Source of the DNA: an uncultured Clostridia bacterium
GTDB lineage: Bacteria; Bacillota; Clostridia; TANB77; CAG-508
DNA: 64,000 nt
Direction of reading: 5' to 3'
NCBI GenBank assembly: GCA_904381285.1
Contig: CAJFII010000006.1
Location: forward strand, 5,801-69,800
Both the position numbers and the translations under genes were made by a program. Under the pieces are notes generated by a model. The model was not told where the DNA came from. It did not search any database and saw only the letters and a program-made list of their open reading frames with translations. Of this stretch, positions 1 through 9,792 are shown piece by piece (positions within the stretch are counted from its first letter, which is position 1; each line of letters starts with the position of its first letter).

Positions 1-67
1 ATCAAAAAACATTTTAACTTCAAATAATATAATTATAGAAATCGCTTATAGATAATTTAGTTTCCTC

Positions 68-96
68 TGAACTTTAAGGAACGTCCCCAAAGTTCA
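68..96. repeat. 29-nt palindromic element, copy A (TGAACTTTAAGGAACGTCCCCAAAGTTCA)
   Basis: Imperfect hairpin with about 12-bp arms and an ACG loop. It differs from the copy at 15627-15655 at one position and contains the stop codon of the 94-588 ORF. Confidence 0.7.
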
Positions 97-588
97 TCCT
101 CTTGGATATGGTGGACGTGGTCTTGGCATAGGTGGTCTTGGAGGATTTCCTGGAAATTGAGGTCTATTATGTCTTCTCCTTAACAATTCATTTAATATTA
201 GAATTCTTATTAAATCTCTTAATAAATTATTGTTTTGTCTTGGAGATCTATCTTGTTGTCTTGTGTTAGAGTTTTTTCCATCTTCTTTTCTTGTCTCGAT
301 TTTTAAATCAATATCTATTGTACTTAATACATTATCTGTCATTTGTTCTAAAATTTCCTGCGTTATAGGCATATTATTATTACTACATTCTTTACTTACT
401 AAAGGATATATTTTTCTATATATTTCTGGATAGAAGTTTTCTATATCATCGTCATTTATATAGTTATTTGGCATTATGTAATAATCATTTGTATTAAAGG
501 TATCTTGCATACAATTTGGTGTGTATCCTAATACTGTTCTCATATATTCTTCATAAGATGTATTATTATACATATTAATCCCTCCCAT
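94..588 (-). CDS. hypothetical protein with proline-rich C-terminal tail
   Basis: 164-aa ORF with a Y/N/D-rich N-terminal part and a C-terminus PQFPGNPPRPPMPRPRPPYPRG. No family recognised. Confidence 0.45.
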   Translation of the reverse strand: MGGINMYNNTSYEEYMRTVLGYTPNCMQDTFNTNDYYIMPNNYINDDDIENFYPEIYRKIYPLVSKECSNNNMPITQEILEQMTDNVLSTIDIDLKIETRKEDGKNSNTRQQDRSPRQNNNLLRDLIRILILNELLRRRHNRPQFPGNPPRPPMPRPRPPYPRG

Positions 589-718
589 TATTTTATATAT
601 TAGAATATGTTTATTGTTATTTTTTTGTTACTATTATATAAAAACTATTAAAACTTGCATTTTTTTATTTAGTATAGTAAACTGAAACTATATTTATTTA
701 GAGAGGAAATAATTTCGT

Positions 719-1543
719 ATGAATATTTATCATTCTTTAAACGAACTAATATCATATATTGAACAAAATTTAGACTCAGATATTTCTTATACAAAACTTG
801 CACAATTTTTAGGAGTCAATGTATATACAATGCAAAGCTTATTTTCATTACTATGCAATGTAACTCTTACAGAATATATTAGAAAAAGAAGATTGTCTGA
901 TGCTGGATTTTATATATATAATACTGATTCCAAAATAATAGATGTGGCTCTAAAATACCAATATGAAAATCCTACATCTTTTTCAAGAGCTTTTGAGAAG
1001 TTTCACGGTATAAAACCTAGCCAAGTAAAAACTAATCCTGAAAAACTAAAATTATATACAAAAATAAATTTTAATGAAAATATATCAAGTCAAAATGAAA
1101 ATATCGAATATAGTATAATAGAACAAGATGAACTAGTTCTTTATGGAAAAGGATTTAAAACTTCTCATCAAAATTGCTCAAAAGAAGTACCAGCTTTCTT
1201 TAAGAAAATGTATGAAAAATATTTACCATACTATGGAGAAATAGACTATGGAATGACTGTATATGGATATTATGAAAATTATGAAAATAGATTTGAAACT
1301 AATGATTTAGAATATTGGATTTTATATAAAAAAGAAATTCCTGAATTCACCAAATATATTATTCCTAAAAGTAAATGGTTATGTTTTCGTATTCCTTCTT
1401 TTCAAGCTAGTGTAATTCAAGAAATGTCTAGAAAATTCTATTTGTCATTTTTACCTAGTTGTAAATACAATATAAGACCACTTCCGGAGTTAGAATATTA
1501 CCATGATGGTGTTACAGATTTTTTAGTTCCTATAGAAGATTAA
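719..1543 (+). CDS. AraC/XylS-family transcriptional regulator with C-terminal effector-binding (GyrI-like type) domain
   Basis: The N-terminal double HTH pattern (YTKLAQFLGVNVYTMQSLF ... ALKYQYENPTSFSRAFEKFHGIKPS) is typical of AraC-family regulators. A domain of about 160 aa follows. Confidence 0.85.
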   Translation: MNIYHSLNELISYIEQNLDSDISYTKLAQFLGVNVYTMQSLFSLLCNVTLTEYIRKRRLSDAGFYIYNTDSKIIDVALKYQYENPTSFSRAFEKFHGIKPSQVKTNPEKLKLYTKINFNENISSQNENIEYSIIEQDELVLYGKGFKTSHQNCSKEVPAFFKKMYEKYLPYYGEIDYGMTVYGYYENYENRFETNDLEYWILYKKEIPEFTKYIIPKSKWLCFRIPSFQASVIQEMSRKFYLSFLPSCKYNIRPLPELEYYHDGVTDFLVPIED

Positions 1544-1552
1544 TTTTATATA

Positions 1553-1592
1553 AACTGACTTTTTTTAAACGTAAAAAGTCAGTTGTTTTTTT
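1553..1592 (+). terminator. intrinsic terminator after the AraC-family gene
   Basis: AACTGACTTTTT / AAAAAGTCAGTT 12-bp stem followed by GTTTTTTT. Confidence 0.75.
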
Positions 1593-1628
1593 AAGCTTAT
1601 TGGTAAAATATATTTGGGTGAATATATT

Positions 1629-3572
1629 ATGAGAAACGAAATAATTTCAGAAATTATATTAACATCTGATAATGTAGAAAAAGATGCTTGGCTCTCACTA
1701 TTTAATTGCATCTCTAAGCTTAATGGCCTTTTTAAAACTTGTTACTTTTATGCCAAAATTGAATTAAATGAAGTTCACTATTATATAAAAACTTCACGCA
1801 TTTTGCCTCCTATTATTAGCTCTTTAGGAGATTTTATGATAAAGAAATTGGATATTAGTGAGGATGATTTACTGGATTTTCCTACTAAAACTTCTATACC
1901 TTTTATTGTAACAAATAAAGAAAGAAATTTATTAGATGTTTTTGATAAATTAGAAGCTAAATATAACCAAAAATTGAAATTAGTAAAAATGTCATTATTC
2001 TGTTATAGAAAAAGTCATTTTTTTACAAGAACTCGTTTATTTATTGAAAGAGAAAAATGTAATAGAAAAAAATTATTAAAAAGAAATGCATTATTAGTTA
2101 TTCCACATCACTTTTTTAGTATTAATTTTTCTATCTATAATCGTTTCTTTTATTTGAAAAATGTAAATGAATATTTAGATATTCAAAAAGCTCTACCATT
2201 ATTAAGAAATCAACGAAATAATGCAATTTTAAAAATAGATACATTTCCTTATTTAGCAGATGAATATTATCTTTCTCAAAATAGTTTTGATTTCGAGAAA
2301 CATTCTATAATTATAGGTTCTAGTGGAACTGGCAAATCTAAGTTAGCAAGTTCTATAATTGCTAATATTAATAATGAAATAAATTTTTCTACTAGCTATA
2401 AGGTTGTTGTAATCGATCCTCATGCGAGTTTAGAAAAAGAAATTGGTGGTCTAAATAATACTAAAGTTATAGATTTTAAAAGTATAGAAAATAGTACTGA
2501 CTTATTTATGAATTCACAAAAAAGAGATATTGTCGCATCTGTTGAACTAATTTTATCGTTATTTCAAACTTTAATGGCAGACCAATATAATTCTAAACTA
2601 GAAAGAGTATTAAGGCATAGTATTCATTTACTAATGGAAGAAAATTGTTTAAATTTTACTAATTTAAGAGAATTAATTTTAAATATGGAATATAGAAATA
2701 GTTTAATTAATGATGCTAAAGAAAAATTATTAGATAGTATTGTAAATTTCTTTTTAACAGATTTTAATGAATTAAAATCAAATTCTTATCAAGAAGCAAT
2801 CTCTCCAATCATATCTTTTATTGATGAAATAGAATTACTTCCTGCTTTTCAAGATGAAGGTATAAAACCACAAGTTAAAGATACTATCGAAAAAAATTTT
2901 TTAACTATATTTTCTTTAGACCAAACCGCACTTGGTCTAAAAGTAACAAAAACTATTTCAGGTTTAATATTACAACAGATACTAGAACTTATACAATCCT
3001 ATACATATGATGAACATATAATATTAGTAATTGATGAAGTTGCATTAATTGAAAATCCAATCTTGTGTAGATTTTTATCAGAAGCTAGAAAATATAATTT
3101 ATCACTTATCCTAATACAACAATACTTTAATCAAATTAGTGAAGAACTAAAAAGTGCAATATTTGCAAATGTAGCTAATTTTTATGTTTTTCGTGTTTCT
3201 AAATCAGATGCTATAGTTTTAGAAAATAATTTACATATGAATGTTGCTGTAAGAAATTCTTATAAGGTTAAACTTAAAATTTTAACTGAATTAAAAAATC
3301 GTGAATGTATCGTAAGAGTGAGTTCTAATGGAATTCCTCTTCCGGCTTTTAAAGCTAGAACTTTAGATTTTACCCCTTGTCCTAGAAAACATATTTGTCA
3401 GATATTACGAACTGATCCTCTCCTTAAAGAATTTAAATATCCTAAAACCAAAGTTAAATCATCTTTTTCTGAAAAGAATTTTTCTTTTCAAATTGGTGAA
3501 TCTGTTGATTCTCTCATGGATATTATGCATTCACAATCTTCTGGTAGAAAGCAGGTAGAAAATTATGGATAA
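1629..3572 (+). CDS. HerA/FtsK-superfamily P-loop ATPase (DUF87/VirB4/TraG-like core) with uncharacterised N-terminal region of about 230 aa
   Basis: Walker A SIIIGSSGTGKSK and Walker B HIILVIDEVA, followed by SEARKYNLSLILIQQYFNQI ... NFYVFRVS, which is typical of HerA/VirB4-type ATPases. The ATG at 1629 is preferred over the TTG at 1614. Confidence 0.7.
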   Translation: MRNEIISEIILTSDNVEKDAWLSLFNCISKLNGLFKTCYFYAKIELNEVHYYIKTSRILPPIISSLGDFMIKKLDISEDDLLDFPTKTSIPFIVTNKERNLLDVFDKLEAKYNQKLKLVKMSLFCYRKSHFFTRTRLFIEREKCNRKKLLKRNALLVIPHHFFSINFSIYNRFFYLKNVNEYLDIQKALPLLRNQRNNAILKIDTFPYLADEYYLSQNSFDFEKHSIIIGSSGTGKSKLASSIIANINNEINFSTSYKVVVIDPHASLEKEIGGLNNTKVIDFKSIENSTDLFMNSQKRDIVASVELILSLFQTLMADQYNSKLERVLRHSIHLLMEENCLNFTNLRELILNMEYRNSLINDAKEKLLDSIVNFFLTDFNELKSNSYQEAISPIISFIDEIELLPAFQDEGIKPQVKDTIEKNFLTIFSLDQTALGLKVTKTISGLILQQILELIQSYTYDEHIILVIDEVALIENPILCRFLSEARKYNLSLILIQQYFNQISEELKSAIFANVANFYVFRVSKSDAIVLENNLHMNVAVRNSYKVKLKILTELKNRECIVRVSSNGIPLPAFKARTLDFTPCPRKHICQILRTDPLLKEFKYPKTKVKSSFSEKNFSFQIGESVDSLMDIMHSQSSGRKQVENYG

Positions 3573-4266
3573 AAAAGAAGCTTCAGAAGTTATTAATAAA
3601 TCTTTTAATATGATATTTGGCAAAAATAACCCTTTTGATTTAGATACTATTTTTTCTAAATTTGCTTTTGATATAAAACTACCAAAAAAAGTTATGGATA
3701 CTTTAACTGGTGAAGAAACTTGGACAGAAAATATACATAGTAATAGATTTATAACTCAAGAAAATATGAGAAAATTTGACGCTAAGCATGGTTGGATACT
3801 ACCTAAACAAGATGTTAAGAATTTAAAAGATATTATTAATATATGGAAAACAGTAAACTATACAACAACTGAAAGGCAATATGATTGTATAAATGTTAGC
3901 AGAAGCGATCCTATTTATCGTTGTGAAAATGCTTTTCACTGTTCAGATTGTAGGGAGAGTAAAAATATCATTTTTTGTGATGGCTGTATTAACTGTGAGT
4001 TTACAATTGCTTCTCAAAGGACTTCAAGCGCAGGATTTTGTTTGCGTGTAGATGATTCATCTTCTTGTAGCAATAGTTATAATGTAATTTGTTCTAGTAA
4101 TATTAGTAATTCTTTTTTTATACAAGATTGTAGTAATCTACACGAATGTATTTTTTGTAGCCATATTTCAAATAAGAAGTATTGTATATCTAATATGCAA
4201 TTTGAAGAATCAGAATATTTTGTTATAAAAAAAGAAATAATAAATTGGATTCTAAATACAAAATAA
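3565..4266 (+). CDS. cysteine-rich protein of unknown function (14 Cys in residues 108-207)
   Basis: The start overlaps the upstream stop (ATGGATAA, 8-nt overlap). The C-terminal half has CxxC/CxxCxxC clusters (CSDC, CDGCINC, CIFC). No family recognised. Confidence 0.65.
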   Translation: MDKKEASEVINKSFNMIFGKNNPFDLDTIFSKFAFDIKLPKKVMDTLTGEETWTENIHSNRFITQENMRKFDAKHGWILPKQDVKNLKDIINIWKTVNYTTTERQYDCINVSRSDPIYRCENAFHCSDCRESKNIIFCDGCINCEFTIASQRTSSAGFCLRVDDSSSCSNSYNVICSSNISNSFFIQDCSNLHECIFCSHISNKKYCISNMQFEESEYFVIKKEIINWILNTK

Positions 4267-4284
4267 ATTATTCATTTAAGAATA

Positions 4285-4320
4285 GAAAAACTCGTACCTA
4301 TAGTTAGATACGAGTTTTTC
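4285..4320. terminator. bidirectional intrinsic terminator between the Cys-rich gene and murD
   Basis: GAAAAACTCGTA / TACGAGTTTTTC stem with A/T runs on both sides. Confidence 0.7.
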
Positions 4321-5721
4321 TTAAATACTATTAACTAATTCTTTAAATTTTTTTCCTCTTTGTGCATAATTCTCGAACATATCAAAACTTGCACTAGCAG
4401 GAGAAAACAAAACAATTTGACCTGGTTTTGCAATTTTATTTGCTATTTGTACTGTTTGTGAAAATTCATCACATATATAAATATCTAAATCTTTATTTTC
4501 TTCTTGTAATTTTTTGTTTACTACTTCATATATTTTCTCAGCAGTTTGCCCTATTAGTATTAATCCCTTTACTTTGTCTACTATTGGTTTTGCTAATGGC
4601 TCATAATCTAAGTTTTTATCATATCCTCCCGCAATAAGAATAATGTCTTCTTCAAATGAGTTTAATCCTGCAATTGTTCTTGTTGGACTAGTTCCAATAG
4701 AATCATTATACCATTTTACTCCATTAATTTCTTTTATAAATTCTAATCTGTGTTCTACTCCCTTAAATTCCTTTATTGCTTTTAATGCGGTTTCTGTATC
4801 CACTAATGTTTTTGTTGCCACATATGCTGCACATATATTTTCATAATTATGCATTCCTTTTAAATTTATATCCTTTGTATTCACAATATGTTTTCTTAAT
4901 TTGTCTTCACATTCTTTTATAATATCATTATCTACTATAATTCCATTATCTAATTTTTCTTTACTGCTAAAGTATATTACTTTTCCATTTGCATCTTGTT
5001 TACAGTCTCTTGTAATTTCATTATCATAATTTAATACCAATATTCCATTTTCATCTTGGCTTCTAAATATATTTTTCTTTGCTTCAATATATTCTTCATA
5101 TGAACTATGTAAATTTAAGTGATTTGGTGTTATATTTGTTATAACAGCTATGTCTGGACTTACAGTCATATTCATTAATTGAAAACTACTTAATTCTAAT
5201 ACTATTATATCTTCTGGCAATATATCATTTAATTTAGTGAATAATGGTGTACCTATATTCCCACCTAAATACACATTATACCCCGCTTCTTTTAGTATCT
5301 CATATATAAGTGTTGAGGTTGTTGTTTTGCCATCACTACCAGTTACTCCTACTATTTTACATGGTGCAATCTCCATAAGCATTTCTATTTCAGAAGTAAC
5401 AATTGCTCCTGAATCCTCAGCTTGTTTTAGTTCTTTTCTTGTTGGCATACAGCTTGGTGAACGAAATATCAAATCAAAGCCATTTAGTTTTGCTAAATTA
5501 TTTTCTCCAAAAGAAAATTCAAAAGTATATCTTGTGATTTTATCCATTATATCTTTAGGTATATCTTCAATACTTCTATCATCAAATACTGTAACTTTAG
5601 CTTGCAAATTGTATAAGTAATCTAAAAGTGGAATATTACTTATTCCTAGTCCAATTAATGCCACTTTTCTGTTTCTTAAGTATCTGTTAAATTCAACTAA
5701 TCTTTCATTAACATACTCCAA
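4321..5721 (-). CDS. murD: UDP-N-acetylmuramoylalanine--D-glutamate ligase
   Basis: Mur ligase P-loop GVTGSDGKTTT, an N-terminal Rossmann-like domain, and the typical 466-aa length. Confidence 0.9.
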   Translation of the reverse strand: MEYVNERLVEFNRYLRNRKVALIGLGISNIPLLDYLYNLQAKVTVFDDRSIEDIPKDIMDKITRYTFEFSFGENNLAKLNGFDLIFRSPSCMPTRKELKQAEDSGAIVTSEIEMLMEIAPCKIVGVTGSDGKTTTSTLIYEILKEAGYNVYLGGNIGTPLFTKLNDILPEDIIVLELSSFQLMNMTVSPDIAVITNITPNHLNLHSSYEEYIEAKKNIFRSQDENGILVLNYDNEITRDCKQDANGKVIYFSSKEKLDNGIIVDNDIIKECEDKLRKHIVNTKDINLKGMHNYENICAAYVATKTLVDTETALKAIKEFKGVEHRLEFIKEINGVKWYNDSIGTSPTRTIAGLNSFEEDIILIAGGYDKNLDYEPLAKPIVDKVKGLILIGQTAEKIYEVVNKKLQEENKDLDIYICDEFSQTVQIANKIAKPGQIVLFSPASASFDMFENYAQRGKKFKELVNSI

Positions 5722-5737
5722 AATACTTTCCTCCCTA

Positions 5738-6430
5738 TTATTTTAAACTTGGAAGTTTTATTTTTTCTAAAACTTTATTTGTGGATTCTTCTACTGTTTT
5801 GCACTCTGTTACATCTAATTTTATTGTATTTTTATACATTTTATAAAACCCTGCTTTTTCTTGTAATTCATCTCTTTTTATTATATTTTCTCGTACCTCT
5901 TCTTCTTTTACTTTTCCTTTATATTGTATGCATTTTCTTTTTACTCGTTCATCAATACTTGCTGTTATTAGAAAATGGTAATCTAAATCTGGATATATTT
6001 GCATAATATCTCTTCCTGATATTACAACATTATATGTTTTTTTCAAACTATTAATTAAATTTCTTGCAAATTCAAATAAAGCTGTATTATCAGCTATTCC
6101 TCCAACTACTGATACTGCCATTGATGCATCTTTTGATTGTAATTCTTCTTCTTTTGCTAATTCTCCATCTATATATATATTGGTTTCATTATTCTCTATT
6201 TTTAACTCTATATTAAAAAAGTCCATTATTTTTTTTATGTCTATGTTCTTTGCTTCATCTTTTAATTGTTCAATTTTCTTTCCATTTTTCATCATTGCAT
6301 ATACAATGGCTCTATATAAATTACCTCCATTTAATAAAACTGTATTTGGTATAATTTTAATCAATCTTCTGCATATAGAAGTTTTTCCAGCTCCAACTAA
6401 TCCTTCTATTCCTATTACAATATTATTCAT
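5738..6430 (-). CDS. cytidylate kinase-like (d)CMP kinase family protein
   Basis: P-loop GLVGAGKTS, GGNLYRA and GRD motifs. The ATG at 6430 is preceded by an AGAGGAG Shine-Dalgarno sequence; the ORF track starts it at 6463. Confidence 0.65.
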   Translation of the reverse strand: MNNIVIGIEGLVGAGKTSICRRLIKIIPNTVLLNGGNLYRAIVYAMMKNGKKIEQLKDEAKNIDIKKIMDFFNIELKIENNETNIYIDGELAKEEELQSKDASMAVSVVGGIADNTALFEFARNLINSLKKTYNVVISGRDIMQIYPDLDYHFLITASIDERVKRKCIQYKGKVKEEEVRENIIKRDELQEKAGFYKMYKNTIKLDVTECKTVEESTNKVLEKIKLPSLK

Positions 6431-6565
6431 ATATAAATCTCCTCTAAATTTTCTATACTTCATAATTATATCATATTTTTTTATACTTGTTAATTTTTTT
6501 ATCTATTTATGAATATTTTATCTCAATTTTGTTCAAAATATTATATGAAATGGAGGTGCTTTTAT

Positions 6566-6688
6566 ATGGCAAAAAATTCTAAAAATCAAAACAAAAATAA
6601 TAACAAAAATAACGAAAGAGTAGATAATCAAAACAGACAAGAAATGAATAATGAGAGACAAAATAATAAGAATAATAATTGTAAATAA
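6566..6688 (+). CDS. small (40 aa) Asn/Lys/Gln-rich protein, not in the ORF track
   Basis: GGAGGTG Shine-Dalgarno 7 nt upstream of the ATG. Sequence MAKNSKNQNKNNNKNNERVDNQNRQEMNNERQNNKNNNCK, followed by a terminator. Confidence 0.5.
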   Translation: MAKNSKNQNKNNNKNNERVDNQNRQEMNNERQNNKNNNCK

Positions 6689-6718
6689 GGAAATTTATTT
6701 TATCATGATAACAAAAAT

Positions 6719-6750
6719 AGTCGCATAGAGTTTGCGACTGTTTTTGTTTT
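6719..6750. terminator. bidirectional terminator (small ORF on + strand / uvrA on - strand)
   Basis: AGTCGCA / TGCGACT stem, followed by GTTTTTGTTTTTT on the plus strand and preceded by AACAAAAATA. Confidence 0.65.
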
Positions 6751-9594
6751 TTATTCTAAATATTTCTTTAAAAACTTGCCAGTATAACTTTGTTCATTTC
6801 TTACAATTTGTTCTGGGCTTCCTACTGCTATTATTTGTCCACCTTTATCTCCACCTTCAGGTCCTAAATCTATTATATAATCTGCTGTTTTTATTAAATC
6901 TAAATTGTGTTCTATTACTATTATTGTATTTCCTGTGTCTACCAGCCTTTGCAAAATATCTACTAGTTTATGAACATCCGCTATATGTAGCCCTGTTGTT
7001 GGCTCATCTAATATATATAATGTCTTTCCTGTAGCTTTTTTAGAAAGCTCTGTTGCGAGTTTTACACGTTGTGCTTCTCCTCCTGATAATGTTGTTGAAG
7101 GTTGTCCTAGTTTAATGTACCCAAGGCCTACATCATATAACGTTTGTATTTTTTGTTTAATTCTAGGGACATTTTCAAAAAAGGTTAATGCTTCTTCAAC
7201 TGTCATATCTAATACATCTGCTATTGTTTTTCCTTTATATTTTACCTCCAATGTTTCTCTATTATATCTCTTTCCTTTACATACTTCACAAGGAACATAT
7301 ATATCTGGTAAAAAGTGCATTTCAATTTTTAATATTCCATCTCCTGAACAAGCTTCACATCTTCCTCCTGGAACATTAAAACTAAATCTTCCTTTTTGAT
7401 ATCCTCTTAATTTTGCTTCATTTGTTGTTGCAAAAATATCACGAATATGATCAAATACACCTGTATATGTTGCAGGATTTGAACGTGGTGTCCTTCCAAT
7501 AGGAGATTGGTCTATATTGATTATTTTATCTATATTTTGTAATCCTTTTACTTCTTTACATTTTCCTGGTTTTTCATTTGAACCATTTAACTCTTTTGCG
7601 ATTGTTTTATATAGTACTTCATTTATTAGAGTACTCTTTCCAGAACCTGAAACACCTGTTATACATGTAAATACACCTAAAGGAAATTTTACATTTATAT
7701 TTTTTAAATTATTTTCTTCTGCTCCTATTACTTCTATAGATTTTCCATTTGATTTTCTTCTTTTTTTAGGCACTAATATCTTCTTTTTTCCACTCAAATA
7801 TTGCCCTGTTATAGATTCAGGTATTCCCTTAATCTCTTCTGCTGTACCTTGTGCCATTATTCTACCACCATGTACACCTGCACCTGGTCCTATATCTATT
7901 ATTTGATCTGCTGCATACATTGTATCTTCATCATGCTCAACTACAATTAGAGTATTTCCTAAATCACGTAATTTTTTTAATGTGGCAATTAGTTTATCAT
8001 TATCTCTTTGATGTAGTCCAATACTTGGCTCATCTAGTATATATAATACACCAGTCAATCCAGAGCCTATTTGTGTAGCAAGACGTATACGTTGAGCTTC
8101 TCCTCCTGATAATGTTCCTGCTGGTCTTGATAATGTTAAATATTCTAGCCCAACATCAATTAAAAATTGTAGTCTTTGATTTAATTCTTTAAATATTTGA
8201 TTGGCTATCATCTCTTCTTTTTTAGTAAGTTTTAAAGATGATAAATATTCTTTTATCTTTACAATTGACATATCTGTTAATTCTTTAATGTTTTTATCTC
8301 CTACTTTTACAGATAGGCTCTCTTTTTTTAATCTTGCTCCTTTACATGTTTGGCATGGACTTTCACTCATATACATTTCATAAAAGTCCCTCATTCCTTG
8401 AGATTTTGTTTCATTATATCTTCTTTCAAGTGTTGGTATTACTCCTTCAAATGGTGCTCTAAATTTTCTTGTTCCAGTAGGTGAAGTATATTCAAAGTCA
8501 ATTTCTTCATCTCCTGTACCATAAAGTATTTTATCCAAAAATTCATGTGGCAATTTTTTTATTGGTTTCTTTATATCTACACCATAATGTCTTCCAATAC
8601 TTTCAAAATACATTTTTGCCATTGTATCGCCCTTTTTCATGGTACTTGCTCCAAATGCTTTTACTCCATCATATAAGGTTTTATTCCTATCTGGTATAAT
8701 TAAATCTTCATCCATTTTCATTAAGTATCCAATACCTGTACATGTTGGACATGCTCCAAATGGATTATTAAATGAAAACATCCTTGGTGATAATTCTTCA
8801 AAACTTATTCCGCAATCTGGACATGCATAATTTCCACTAAATAATTTTTCTTCATGTTTAGAACCAGAATTCGTTTGTTTTACAATATCTATTAATACTA
8901 AATTATCTGCATGTTTTAATGCAATTTCCACAGATTCTGCAAGTCTATTTCTTATTTCTTGTTTTATTACTAATCTATCTACTATAATTTCTACATTATG
9001 TTTTTTCTTTCTATCAATTTGTAAGTCATCCGTTAACTCTACTACTTCTCCATCTATTCTTGCACGAATGAATCCTTCTTTTACAAAGTCCGCTAATAAT
9101 TTTGTAAATTCTCCTTTTCTTCCTCTAACAATTGGTGCTAAAACTTGAATTTTAGTACCTTCTTCTAATTCCATGATACTATCTATTATTTGATCTACAG
9201 TTTGTTTTTCTATCTTTTTACCACAGTTTGGACAATATGGTATACCAATTCGTGCATATAAAAGACGAATATAATCATAAATTTCTGTTACTGTTCCTAC
9301 TGTAGAACGAGGATTTTTTGATGTAGTTTTTTGATCTATTGATATGGCTGGTGAAAGTCCTTCGATAACTTCTACATCTGGTTTTTCCATTAATCCTAAA
9401 AATTGACGTGCATATGCTGATAAACTTTCAACATATCTTCTTTGTCCTTCTGCATATAATGTATCAAATGCAAGAGATGATTTTCCTGAACCTGAAAGTC
9501 CTGTTATAACAACTAATTTATCTCTTGGTATTTCTAAATTTATATTTTTTAGATTGTGTTCTTTTGCTCCCTTTATTATTATTTTATCGTTCAT
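6751..9594 (-). CDS. uvrA: excinuclease ABC subunit A
   Basis: 947 aa with two ABC ATPase modules ([18 protein letters not shown]) and the signature LSGGEAQR twice. Confidence 0.95.
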   Translation of the reverse strand: MNDKIIIKGAKEHNLKNINLEIPRDKLVVITGLSGSGKSSLAFDTLYAEGQRRYVESLSAYARQFLGLMEKPDVEVIEGLSPAISIDQKTTSKNPRSTVGTVTEIYDYIRLLYARIGIPYCPNCGKKIEKQTVDQIIDSIMELEEGTKIQVLAPIVRGRKGEFTKLLADFVKEGFIRARIDGEVVELTDDLQIDRKKKHNVEIIVDRLVIKQEIRNRLAESVEIALKHADNLVLIDIVKQTNSGSKHEEKLFSGNYACPDCGISFEELSPRMFSFNNPFGACPTCTGIGYLMKMDEDLIIPDRNKTLYDGVKAFGASTMKKGDTMAKMYFESIGRHYGVDIKKPIKKLPHEFLDKILYGTGDEEIDFEYTSPTGTRKFRAPFEGVIPTLERRYNETKSQGMRDFYEMYMSESPCQTCKGARLKKESLSVKVGDKNIKELTDMSIVKIKEYLSSLKLTKKEEMIANQIFKELNQRLQFLIDVGLEYLTLSRPAGTLSGGEAQRIRLATQIGSGLTGVLYILDEPSIGLHQRDNDKLIATLKKLRDLGNTLIVVEHDEDTMYAADQIIDIGPGAGVHGGRIMAQGTAEEIKGIPESITGQYLSGKKKILVPKKRRKSNGKSIEVIGAEENNLKNINVKFPLGVFTCITGVSGSGKSTLINEVLYKTIAKELNGSNEKPGKCKEVKGLQNIDKIINIDQSPIGRTPRSNPATYTGVFDHIRDIFATTNEAKLRGYQKGRFSFNVPGGRCEACSGDGILKIEMHFLPDIYVPCEVCKGKRYNRETLEVKYKGKTIADVLDMTVEEALTFFENVPRIKQKIQTLYDVGLGYIKLGQPSTTLSGGEAQRVKLATELSKKATGKTLYILDEPTTGLHIADVHKLVDILQRLVDTGNTIIVIEHNLDLIKTADYIIDLGPEGGDKGGQIIAVGSPEQIVRNEQSYTGKFLKKYLE

Positions 9595-9634
9595 ATCTTC
9601 CCCCTAAATATGATTTTTGATTTCTACTTTCGAT

Positions 9635-9672
9635 ATTATACTATACTTTTCATTTTTAAACAAGTGTTTGTT
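9635..9672 (-). promoter_or_regulatory. putative sigmaA-type promoter of uvrA with palindrome over the -35
   Basis: Minus strand reads TTGTTT-17 nt-TATAAT. The palindrome AACAA-N4-TTGTT (9659-9672) overlaps the -35. Confidence 0.4.
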
Positions 9673-9742
9673 AAAACTAAACTCATTTTTATTATGTTTT
9701 TCAAAATATTTCCTCCTATTACAATCCATTTTTAATAGAACT

Positions 9743-9765
9743 GGCTGGCAGAAAATCTGCCAGCC
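9743..9765 (-). terminator. stem-loop downstream of small ORF 9793-9945
   Basis: Perfect 9-bp stem GGCTGGCAG / CTGCCAGCC with an AAAAT loop. The U-tract on the minus strand is weak. Confidence 0.5.
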
Positions 9766-9792
9766 TTCGTGCATAATGCACATTCAGTGCTT

